Notes under the pieces: model-generated | Told to the model about the DNA's origin: nothing | What the model saw: only the letters and a program-made list of their open reading frames with translations | Database searches by the model: none | Assembly: GCF_021869535.1 (NCBI RefSeq) | Contig: NW_026262712.1 | Location: 33,046,001-33,110,000 of the forward strand | DNA from: Mytilus californianus | Taxonomy: Eukaryota | Direction of reading: 5' to 3' | Length of the DNA stretch: 64,000 bases | Translations under genes and position numbers: made by a program | In this document: positions 53,970 through 64,000 of the stretch, one piece after another | Layout of the letters: each line of letters opens with the position of its first letter | Numbering within the stretch: position 1 is the first letter of the stretch

Positions 53970-55085
53970 TTATTGAATATGACAACATGATAAGTAAATG
54001 TATTGAGTAAAAATATAGAATGTAAAATAGTTATTACATTGATAAGTATAATCTCCTACAATGAATTAAGTGATTATCATTTATATGGGTGAATAATCAT
54101 TGAGTGGCACAATGATGTTTACATGCTTTACAATAATCTGTCATGGAATAAATGCATGATTTAACGTCCAATATACAATCAAATTTGTTGACAGTGAGAA
54201 TATTTTACTAATAACTAAAAATATTCTATGATATATAGACTAACAAGATAATAAAAACTTCCCGTTCATTAATGACAGAAAATCATTTTAGCTATACTGG
54301 CTAGCTTTAAAGGGGGCAATTAATATATCAACATAACTAGCTAACATTCCTTTTTTTCCCAATTTAAGGTTAATCATCTACGAAAGACGTCTATTGCCTA
54401 TTTTGACCAAATTTAACCATTAAAAAAATCACGCACAATCAATATTATTGTACTGATTATTCATTTACGAACACTAGAGACGCTTCAAATCTGGCTAGAA
54501 CGATTATTGCTCAAGGAATAAACTTTTAATTGTACTTTTATCTAATATAGAATCTTCTACTGTTTGATCGCAAAACTTTTAATTGTAATTTTGATTATGG
54601 TGTTATTTGAATTTGATAACATGATATGTAAATGTCTTGGGGAAAACATGGAATGTTCAATTGTTATTACATTGACAAATATTATCTTCTTAACTGAAGT
54701 GATTAACATTTATATGGATAGATATTCAATGGCTGACACAATGACATGTTATATGCTTTACAATAACTACCAGTATAAATGCATGCTTTAACGGCCAATA
54801 TGCAATTAAATTCATAGACATTGAGAATACTTTAATAATGACTGAATATATTCCACAATAAAACGAATATTTAGATAATGACAGATACACAGTCATTAAT
54901 GATAGAAAATCATCTTAGCTTTGACTAGCTAACAAGCATAACAAAACTAATACATTCCCATAACTATATAAAATTCCTATATTTAGCTTAATTTAATGTT
55001 CATAATCCATGACAGACGACTATTGCCTATGTTGACCAATTTTGACCATTAAAATCATGTAAAAACAATGTTATTACAATCATTA
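53970..55085. repeat. Old tandem duplication, period ~630 bp
   Basis: TTATTGAATATGACAACATGATAAGTAAATG (~53971) vs TTATTTGAATTTGATAACATGATATGTAAATG (~54602), colinear to ACCATTAAAA..CA..CAAT at ~54420 and ~55050. Confidence 0.8.
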
Positions 55086-55442
55086 TACAAGAGACAAATA
55101 AGTGCATATCTTCTAGAAGGGTCTTTTGAATATTTAAAACAAGATGCTCTCAGGAAAAAAAACAAACAATTGTTAAATTTTGGAAACAAATCTATTTATT
55201 CAAATTATCGGTTTTTCGAGTGAAAAAAAAAGCCAATATGCTAACGTCCATCCAATGACTATATTATTTATGTATTTAACAATCACTACATTATTTATTT
55301 ACTTAACAATCAGTAAAAAAAAACATGTATTCGTTATAGATAGATGGTTTTGGTCCTGTTTCATGTATTATGGTAGAAATTAGAAATAATTTGAAAATAT
55401 AATTTGATCGATTTCTTATTCGATTTAAGACGGACAGAAACA

Positions 55443-55505
<63 letters not shown>
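55443..55505. repeat. (CAT)21 microsatellite
   Basis: Perfect trinucleotide run. Confidence 0.98.
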
Positions 55506-55506
<1 letters not shown>

Positions 55507-55598
55507 TTCAAATGATCATCCATTAAGTATTTTCTATGATCATACTAATTTGGATGACAACTTTAAATTCATTTAGTGTAGGAGTTTTATATATTTGC

Positions 55599-56338
55599 TA
55601 CTGTATATCGGGTTTTTCTCGCGTGTGTTTTATTTTCGGTTTGTTCGCGGCACCTACAAAAACGCGAAAATTTTACCCCGCGTAAATGTCCTGCCTAAAC
55701 CTAAATTTATAGCTGTTTAAACGCTTCATGCATAAAACTGTTTATTATCGAGTTTACGCAAAATTGTTGTGTAAACTCAGATCACCCTTAAGGTGAAATA
55801 ACATCATATATAAAGTCAGTCTTTTATGTTGATCGGCAAAATATGCATAATTGATTAAGATCTCTGTTTTTATAATAATCAATTTGGTTAACCATACATG
55901 TCGTACATGTTCAAAAGTGAGAATTAGCGACATCTATCGATTGTTGTCATAACCCGAACATTTGGAATATAATGGAAAAAGAAAATTTACATAAATCACT
56001 TTTTAACGGATATTTGCACAAATATGATTTCTAATGCTTTGTTATACCAGCACAAACAGCATGAAACCTTAATTGTTTACCATACCGCAATGAGCTTAAT
56101 TTAAAAGATTACTGAATAGTCTTCGACATATGTCTATTTTTGTTGGTAGAACACGTACATCTTTTATCTGTCAGTCGATCAATTTATGTTGTTTACATAT
56201 TTAACACTACAATACGGTGATAATTTCGTGTGTATTTTCTCATTCATTGAAACTTATGCACAGTGAAAATTTAACCAGCCCATTTTGTCACTACCAAATC
56301 GAGAAAAAACTCCAACGCGAAAAAAACCCTTAAGTATA
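55599..56338. mobile_element. Possible decayed TA-flanked MITE
   Basis: TACTGTATATCGGGTTTTTCTCGCG at the left and CGCGAAAAAAACCCTTAAGTATA at the right form imperfect inverted ends. Confidence 0.4.
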
Positions 56339-57029
56339 TTGTAAATACCGCTATGAGACAATTATCATGCTTTTCAAATCGATGCTACTTCTGTATATTT
56401 AGAATTGTTTAGGAAATCCGAATTCTACCAATAGTAATATATTGGATGTCCGATTGGCATGAGAGAAAACACATTTGGTGAGAAGCATACACAATGTGTA
56501 TGCAACACTAGGTTTCAATTGCTTCAGCCGTATTGAGAATCAAAATATTTGAAATTTCATCCATACTAAATTGCAGTCCAATAACAATTCAACAATCCAA
56601 TATACATAAAACAAACAATAAGCAGCAATCAAAAAGAGGGCAACAAGCAGTCAAAAATCGTGAAGAGTTATAAGGTTTCCTTTTACAGGATGCTAGGTTT
56701 GCAAATGAAATGAAATCTACAGATGTTGGTAAAATTTAGAAATAAAATAAGCTTTCTCTTCAATGTGAAAAAAGCCTTTTCATGTTTTTTATGGTTCAAC
56801 TGTCAAATAGTCAGCATTTATAAGAAACATATTTATTTTTTAATTGTATTTTAATCCAACGCAAACTTAAAATAATTTAGAATATGTTGAGTATGCACTC
56901 AAAGAATGAACTAAGTATACACCAGTAATCATTGCTTCCAATGACTGTCAAACAATATTTCACCGAAAGATCATATAAAATCCAAATGTTTCTAGTTTTG
57001 AGTTTCGTAACTCATACTTAAGTTTTCCC

Positions 57030-57285
57030 TGGAGCCTTTTTTGGAAATATAAGCCGCCATAAAATGTTATGTGAAAATAACAAAGTTAATATTACTTTCA
57101 ATTGATTATCAATGTTCCTCCTTTTCCGCTGCCTCGTGCAGAATGTGCATACTAAAGTTTTCCATGTAGTCTTCTTCTGAAACATAATCCGCAATAAAAT
57201 GCAATGTGAAAATAACAAAGTTAATATTATTTTCAATTGATTATCAATGTTCCTCCTTTTCTGCTGCCTCGTGCAAAAGGTTCAA
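57030..57285. repeat. Tandem duplication, period 135 bp
   Basis: GTGAAAATAACAAAGTTAATATT...GCTGCCTCGTGCA at 57071 and 57206. Confidence 0.9.
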
Positions 57286-57739
57286 TAAAAGTTATTCACT
57301 ATGCAAATATTAAACATAACGTCTTTATGTTAGTATATGAAAATCAAACTATTTCAGTCCATATACATATATGTTTTCCTTAAGATGTCTTCGGTTATTT
57401 TCTTTATTTTTCGTTCAAACCAGAGGGAATCGGGGGTTCTAGATTCATGCTCTATTAGTTACAACTGTCATTCAAGTGAACTATTGAGGTTTTCATAATA
57501 ACATTGCTTTGATCAATTTGATGTATTTCTCACCTCCGAAGAGAAAATAACTTTCCGTATTTAAAAACATTTTATTACAAATTACACGCCTTCAATAACT
57601 GGCTCTTTGTCGAATTCATATGAATGGGAAAAGACATATTGTCTAGACAAAATACGTACTTAGAATATGCATTTATTCAAATTATACAAGTTTCACAAAA
57701 TATTGCAAGAACATATTATTCAGTACAAATTCAAATATT

Positions 57740-58150
57740 TGGGCGCCTCGGTGATCTCGTGGTACAAAATGATTCATGCTTCCCTGCAGTGCAGGAGGTA
57801 TTGTTTTTGTTCCCAGATTGGTTCAAACTAAAAATGGGAACTATATTATTTGCTGTGACTCCGTTAAGCACGTAGTGAAACCAAATTAAAGTCGGCTCTG
57901 AATCAAAAGTTGGTGTCCAGCAGCACAGGTTTACAAGTCATCAGGTGTACCTTTATCTTGTGAACTAGCTCGTTAAAAATCCAGCTCTGTTTTCGTCTAG
58001 GGTTCATAGGCAACCCAAATGAATGTAAAACATCCGACTAAGTGTCGTTCGAGTAAAAAAGCAGGGTGCACATATATATCACGTCTACATATGGCCATCC
58101 CGATAAATATCTAAAAAGTGCAAGTCGACGTATAACACTAATTCATCTGT
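57740..58150 (+). mobile_element. Decayed tRNA-derived SINE-like element
   Basis: A-box-like head GGCGCCTCGGTGATCTCGTGGT; central TTTGCTGTGACTCCGTTAAGCACGTAG resembles a conserved molluscan SINE domain (recalled; superfamily not determined). Confidence 0.5.
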
Positions 58151-59033
58151 CCATCTATCAAATATTTGAGAGTAATTTAGCATGTTGAACGATTTAGAAG
58201 AATATTATTTTCTATAGCTGCATAAAATTGTATCACTAAAAGGTTTTTTTTTTATTATTACACTGTAAATCCATATGGGAAGTGGTTAAAACATATATCA
58301 GCAAACATTTTGGAAAATGTCATATAAATCATACAATTTCATTCATGTTAGATAAATGTTTATTCACATATATTTTCAAGGGCCCCCTGCCTTCAATCTA
58401 GTTTCTAACTTTTTTTAAAGACTTTTTTGTACGCATATTGTATTCCGACCCTCGGCAATGCGGATATGATCAAATCAGTTTTGTATAATATAGATTAAGA
58501 AGTCAAAATAGCGTACATAAGGACCGTCTTAAACTTGCTGTGAGGTAGGAGATTTTTTGTTGTTTTTTGTTTTTGTTTTTTTTTTTTAAAGTCCATATTG
58601 TGACTTTGAGGTGATGAACAGCAATAAAATGGGTGTTCCTTTGCTTTTCTGTGTGCTTTTGCTGTGTATGTACTGATTTTGTGTTATGAATGGATACCCC
58701 ATATCCTTTGCGTTTCTATTAGTGCAAAACAATCCATAAAGACACTGAACCATATTTAAAGAATAGTTTACATACAGCAAATCCAAGATATGTGTATAAA
58801 ATTGAGAATGGAAATGGGGAATGTGTCAAAGAGACAATAACCCGACCAAAGAACAGAAAACAGCCGATGGTACCATTGGGTCTTCAACACAGCGAAAAAA
58901 TCACGCACCCAGAGAGGGCTTTAGCTGGCCCCTAAACAAAAATGTGTACTAGTTCAATGTAAGTGGACGACACACTAACTTCCAAAACATATAAATGAAC
59001 TTAAATTAAAAAAAACCATACAAGACTAACAAA

Positions 59034-59125
59034 GGCCACAGGAACCTGACTGGGGACAGTCGCAAAAATGCAGCGGGGTTAAACATGTTTTGTGAGATCT
59101 CAACCCTCCCCCTATACCTCTAAAC
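59034..59125 (-). ncRNA. Type-P3 twister-ribozyme-like motif in the Naiad 3' UTR (degenerate)
   Basis: GGGG-GAGG-G ... T^AA-CCCC-GC-TGCATTTTTGCG-ACTG-TCCCCAGT-CAGG; L4 and P4 carry substitutions relative to the copy at 4545-4636. Confidence 0.7.
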
Positions 59126-59321
59126 AATGTGAGTTAACAAACACACAGCAATACGCACAGTAAAACTCAGTTTAAAAGACGTCCGAGTCCGATTTCAGAA
59201 TAGGTAACAAAAGAAACTAGGCAAAATGACAATGATACATAAATTAACAAAAGACTACTAGCAGTTACTGGCATGCCAGCTCAAGAACCTCAGTCAAACT
59301 GATTGTAAGATTATGTCTTTA

Positions 59322-59388
59322 TCATATGAAAATCAAGCACAATCCCTACCGTCAGGGGTTTAGTAACATACCATTATAAAATATATGA
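59322..59388 (-). promoter_or_regulatory. SECIS-like element with mutated core (AUAA instead of AUGA)
   Basis: Minus strand reads TCATATATTTT-ATAA-TGGTATGTTACT-AAA-CCCCTGACGGTAGGG-ATTGTGCT-TGAT-TTTCATATGA, ~50 nt downstream of the ORF stop; homologous to the intact copy at 4278-4344. Confidence 0.75.
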
Positions 59389-59438
59389 GCAGAACATTAC
59401 CCGTATCATGCCAACAACTGGTTTTAGAATAAATATGT

Positions 59439-62400
59439 TTATTTCCGATGCAAAGACCCTATGAGTGAATCAATATTAATACCAAAATATGCCATCTTTA
59501 ATGACCTGAGAACAGTATCGTAACTATATCACTTCTGAATAAATCTGTTTAAAGGTTTTGTTAGCTGTAGGGGTGAATGTTGACATTTTTGTGCTTTGTA
59601 TAGAATATTACCATAAAGGATTGGATGTGAAATACCTGAACGTTTAAGATGTCTGCATGTTGATTTATATTTACGAATGATGTCCTTGTATCGATGATAA
59701 AATTTAGTAAATGTTTTGACTAGTTTGTGATATCGAAAACCATGATGTAATAATTTTTCAGTAATACAGTGATTTATTTCGTTGAAATTAAATACGTTGT
59801 TAAGTATGTCAATGTATGTGGTAAAGTGGTATTTTAGGATATTTGTATTTTATATATAAGTTTGATTATTTCTATATTTTTAATCTAACTTTATTATTTC
59901 AGAAGATATTATTATTAATGCACTATACGGAGTGTAATTTCAGGTTTGTTCAGGTGTGACCTTATCAGGCGTTTCACTTAGGTTTTATTGGTACTGATTA
60001 GTTCCCAATTCTTTGGTGGGAAGTTTATATTCTATATGGTCACTTTGTGTGATGGACACCATTTTCCATGTTTAGCAAATTGTAAAATTATATTCTGTTT
60101 TGGAGTTTGTTTTTCATGTTTATAAGGTCAGTAATTCTTCTTATACTAATATATTAAATATTTTTCTTTATAACCAGATTTATGCATGATTTATGAATGT
60201 TATGAATGAATGCATGTTTGAATGATGTGTAGATGTGATATGTAAGTATAATGAAAGGAAATGTAAAAGAATTTAAAATCTCTTTAATAATTGTGCTTTT
60301 ATGGTTAAATACGGTAAATTATATAAAACAGCTAAATTTCAGTAAATTGGATTAAACTATTGAATCTTGTAGAAAGAATGATTTATAATAATTTCAGATT
60401 TGAATAAAGTCATAAATTGATAAAGACATCAGATATCTTATTTTAATATGAACGTGTAGTAGCGCTATATATTTAGAATAGGTTAGTTATGATTTTAATA
60501 TTTGTACTATATGTATTCACCATATTGATGATGCACCATGTTGGCATCAACCTGATGTGATTTGAATATTGTCGTATTTCAAGCCTTCACAAATACCTGT
60601 GAGGTAGGTTTTGTTATGTTGAATCTATGTGTGTTTTGCTTATTGAAATGTCTGATTTAGAAAGTGCTTAATGTTTTGTGTGCATGTATATTCTAGTATT
60701 GCATGTATATGTTATTTTTAAATATGCTTATTTAAATTTGGTATTTAACAGTTTATTACATGACTGTTATTATGTATTACAAATACACCGACATATGCAT
60801 TATGATTAGAAATTGGCATTTAGTTGTATTCACAAACAAAAGAATTGGAGATCACTATTTCCGAACTTAATGAAATTATATATTATTATTTTATTATTGA
60901 AATGCTTGGAAAAGTAAACAGTTTTCTTGTTCATAATTGTTAACAAAATGTTTTAAAGCTATATCATGTATATAGTTATTTAATTAGATTACATCCATTA
61001 ATATAATGTATTGTTATTAAAGGGTATTATTTTGGATTACGATATATATACTTCGAAATAAAGAATCCGTAACCCTAAGACAGTTTCTTGTGTGTATTGC
61101 CCCGAAACAAGACTACATATACACGAGCGAATCGAACAAGTTGAGATATTTAAACACCATAAGATGGTGACAGTGGGAACTTCACCATCTAAAAATGGAT
61201 AATTAACAATAGGAAATGAAATGAAAAATCATCTCTTTTATCATAAATTTTGGTATTAAGCTTCCCGTTTAAGATATAGATATCAAGATCCAGGAAAGGG
61301 CAGTGTTCATTGTTAGTATTAGCTTTATCTAAAGTCAATTCAGCTGGATAAATCTCTTTTATTATTGAACATACTGAAGTCGTCATTATATATTAAGAAC
61401 CGATATATCATCCAAATATCTAAAAGTGTTATTAAATTTATGTATCAGATCTTGTTTCGATGGGTCTTTGCTGATTTTAGTCATAAATTCTAACTCATAA
61501 CAATACAGAAACAGGTCCGCAATAAGTGGTACACAGTTAGTCCCCATTAGAATTCTGATAACTTAACGATATACGGAATCTCCATAGCGAACAAAAATGT
61601 TATCTAGTAAAAATTCAAGGGCAGTTATCGAATCAAAGCAGTTCCAATTGGTGCAGTTCTTTTGTTTGTTGTTACTAAAAAAATACCTAAAAGAGTTTGA
61701 ATATTTTTATTCTAATTCTGACTTTTTAAATGCCCATTTAATTAGGTGTGTGAATTTTTTCTTAATAAGATTATAAGGCAAAGTGGTATATAGGGTATAA
61801 AAATCAAAACTTTCAGCAGATTCGAAATCACCAATATAAGCATGCAATTTAGCAAGTACTTTCAACGAATTTTTGACACTCCAAAAGTAATTAGTTCCAC
61901 TATTTTCAAAGGCCTTATTTGAACAATTCATTCCCAGGTTTTTTATTGTACCAAGTGTACTAGTAAGTAGAATAGACAGTTAAGTAGTGGAACAATGGCT
62001 TGCAGACGAAATAAATCTATATTTATAAGGTGTTTTGTGCAGCTTCGGAAGCCAGTACATAGTTGGAACTTTCATTGTATTTGGTTCTGCTTGTAAAGAG
62101 GTAGTTAAAAGTTTATGTTTGTTCCAGATGTCATTTTCCGAAAATGGAGTCGGTTGGAATGTTGGTAAATTCGTGATTTCCTTTCGCAGAACCTCGATGT
62201 AAAATTTAAGTCAAACAATAATGATATTATTAGCAGCCTTATCAACCGGAACAAAAACAAATTCAGTGGAGAGTACTTTTAGATTATGCTTGATTCGAAA
62301 AATATGGCTATTATGGTTGTTGTTAGGAGTAAAATGTTCTTTAAAATGTTTAATACGAATATAAACTATGTTCATTATTGAATTAAAAGAGGAATCAAAG

Positions 62401-63768
62401 GATTTTTTGTCAGCTTTTTCTAGTTCTATCCATTTCGAGCAGTAAGTACGGAGTGAGTCGTGGATGATGTTATGACACTCATTCCTATTAATTATTGACG
62501 GCGGGGGCGATATTTAGGTCCTTTACTGAGGAATGATTTCAACTCTCGGTCATAAACGATGTTAAGGCCTCCTGGGGAATGGGGCCATAAATGTATTTGG
62601 AATTACTGCAATTTCATGTCGAAGGTGTATTGTCACTGATATTAACATCTTTACACACTTCGCTATAATAAAACACACATTTCCGGGTAGATTTTTTGTA
62701 TACATAACAAAAAAGACGGAGTTCAGTATTATCAAAATAGCCAGGAATGTGTTCTTCAACAGAATGATCATTAAAAATACCGGCAATATTTACAAAATCA
62801 AAACCTTTATTGGCATATTTGACTTTAGTCAAATGTTTTTTATGATCTTCTGGGCGATCAATTTTTAGAAACAGTTTAGAATAACAAAATGCAGTTATAA
62901 ATGGGACGATTTCATACTTAGGACTGCAATATGGAATTGTGTTGCAATCCTCAAAAATATGGTGTAATTTATTAACAGGTAAAGAACAGAGCTTGGTTAA
63001 CAGATAATGTGTGCCCTTGTTTTTTGAAATAGTAATTAGGTCCGAACTATTTGTGTTGTTGGTACGAAACTTTCGCTGATTGCGATTTATTCTACGCCAA
63101 TGAGAACGGTTTTTACGAACAGTTTTAGAAACTATATTTAAAATGTTAACAGAATCGGTTCTTGCTATATTACCAATTCCCATGATATTATCATTTAGAC
63201 CGAGAGGATAGACTGTCTGTAATTTCTTAATCCAATTTGATTTAATTATTTTCCGTGATCGTACAAACTTTGAATGAGATTCCACAGGCTGCTTATTTAC
63301 TACTTCTAAAGGTTGAACTGTTAAATATTAAATAGGATGATTGTGCCTCTTAAGGTGTTGATAAATGATACTTTTAAATTTATTGGGTCTTTTAAAACGA
63401 TAAAGGTGTTCTTGCGTGTGTTTAGATAAAAAGCGTCCAGTTTCACTTACGTACTGAATACCGCATCCCGGTTTGTTTCGTGTGAGTAAATAGATAATAC
63501 TGTTAGTTTTTCAATTTATATCCGTTTCAAAATTTAAGGAAAATGTGCGACCATTAAACGTGGACCCTACCGTATTGTTGGTTGAAAGACGGGGACATGT
63601 AAGTCATATTTTGGCATGACACTTATCGATAGAAGGGTAATCACGATTGTTATTATTAAAAATGTTAGCGATAGTAGTATTTTTAGATAAGAGATTTTGA
63701 AGACTGAGACGTGTAGATACCCTTTGAACGAGTTTGGTATTTAGTATTTTTCCATTTTTGAGTTTCAT
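59439..63768 (-). pseudogene. Disrupted EN-RT polyprotein ORF of the Naiad element; putative former selenoprotein
   Basis: Probable ATG at 63768 and terminal TAA at 59439-59441. One continuous frame from 63768 to ~62575 with TGA at 63604, 63511 and 62614 and TAA at 63328. Frameshifts near 62570, 62500, 61390, 61210 and 61165; TGA at 62211; TAA at 61980, 61707 and 61563. The C-terminal part resumes at ~59800 after the insertion. Confidence 0.9.
59798..61117 (+). mobile_element. ~1.3 kb insertion splitting the RT C-terminus; solo-LTR candidate
   Basis: RT-like homology stops at ~61115 and resumes at ~59802. The insert can be read as TGTTA...CTACA with AATAAA at 61057-61062. No clean 4-6 bp TSD is visible; a TA duplication is the alternative reading. 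Confidence 0.5.
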
Positions 63769-64000
63769 CTTTTGTTTTTTTGTTATCCGTATTTCCAATT
63801 GAAAGGAGCAAAGACCGGCGTCCAGAATATGAACCAGGACACAGGAATTGAATAAAGTAAAAAGATAAAACTGTTCGGTTAAAGACGTCAAACGCTATCC
63901 TTCATCAAGTACCCGACAAAATACGTAAATTACAAAACCAGGGGACAAAACCAAAAGACAGGGTATATCAGGGTAGCGCCTGACGTCTAACTAAATAGAA

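Larger units (their letters stand above)
58793..64000 (-). mobile_element. Penelope-like retroelement, Naiad-type (N-terminal GIY-YIG EN, CxC linker, RT), decayed, interrupted by a ~1.3 kb insertion; 5' end may extend past the window
   Basis: Minus-strand translation gives KCHAKI*LTCP, IIYLLTRNKPGCGIQYVSETGR (GIY-YIG), WIKKLQTVYPLGLND, T*NCSNSKYIYGP (CxC), VPVDKAANNII, YWLPKLHKTPYKYRFI, SFDFYTLYTTLP, MGTNCVPLIADLFLY and RYLDD (YLDD at 61407-61418). EN-before-RT order with a CxC linker is the published Naiad/Chlamys architecture. The 3' UTR ends in CATTCCCCATTTCCATTCTCAATTTTATA near 58795. Confidence 0.93.

Noticed and set aside
1-58700. Remaining 60-110 aa ORFs in the supplied track
   Set aside because: Short, Phe/Ile/Lys-biased, often non-ATG starts, and many overlap recognisable non-coding repeats; consistent with random ORFs.
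59529-59531. Additional in-frame TGA near the ORF C-terminus as a Sec codon
   Set aside because: The sister copy has GGA (Gly) at 4135-4137, so this is a copy-specific nonsense mutation.
62211-63606. TGA read as Trp (mitochondrial code / NUMT)
   Set aside because: Conserved Trp residues use TGG (NWIKK, YWLPKLHK), the TGAs fall at Cys-type sites, and the product is a retroelement protein.
63604-63891. 95-aa ORF as an independent gene
   Set aside because: It is the N-terminus of the Naiad ORF plus 5' UTR; the frame continues through the TGA at 63604.

Overview
AT-rich, repeat-dense eukaryotic genomic DNA; the repeat families look like those of a bivalve, most likely the mussel Mytilus (recognised from memory, not searched). 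No intact host protein-coding gene, rRNA, tRNA gene or CRISPR array is supported. The main feature is a decayed Penelope-like retroelement of the Naiad type (N-terminal GIY-YIG endonuclease, CxC linker, C-terminal RT) on the minus strand at ~58.8-64 kb. Its reading frame has in-frame TGA codons at four Cys-type positions. Its 3' UTR carries a SECIS-like hairpin, textbook form-2 in a second, 5'-truncated copy at 4.1-4.9 kb, followed by a type-P3 twister-ribozyme-like fold. About 13 full or partial twister-like motifs from three or four repeat families are scattered through the window and show compensatory changes in the pseudoknot. The window also has degenerate hammerhead (retrozyme-like) relics, two TTAA-flanked MITEs, a tRNA-SINE-like element, a 256-bp satellite with trimeric higher-order structure, microsatellites and old nested segmental duplications. 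All alignments and folds were done by eye; boundaries are approximate unless a base is named.
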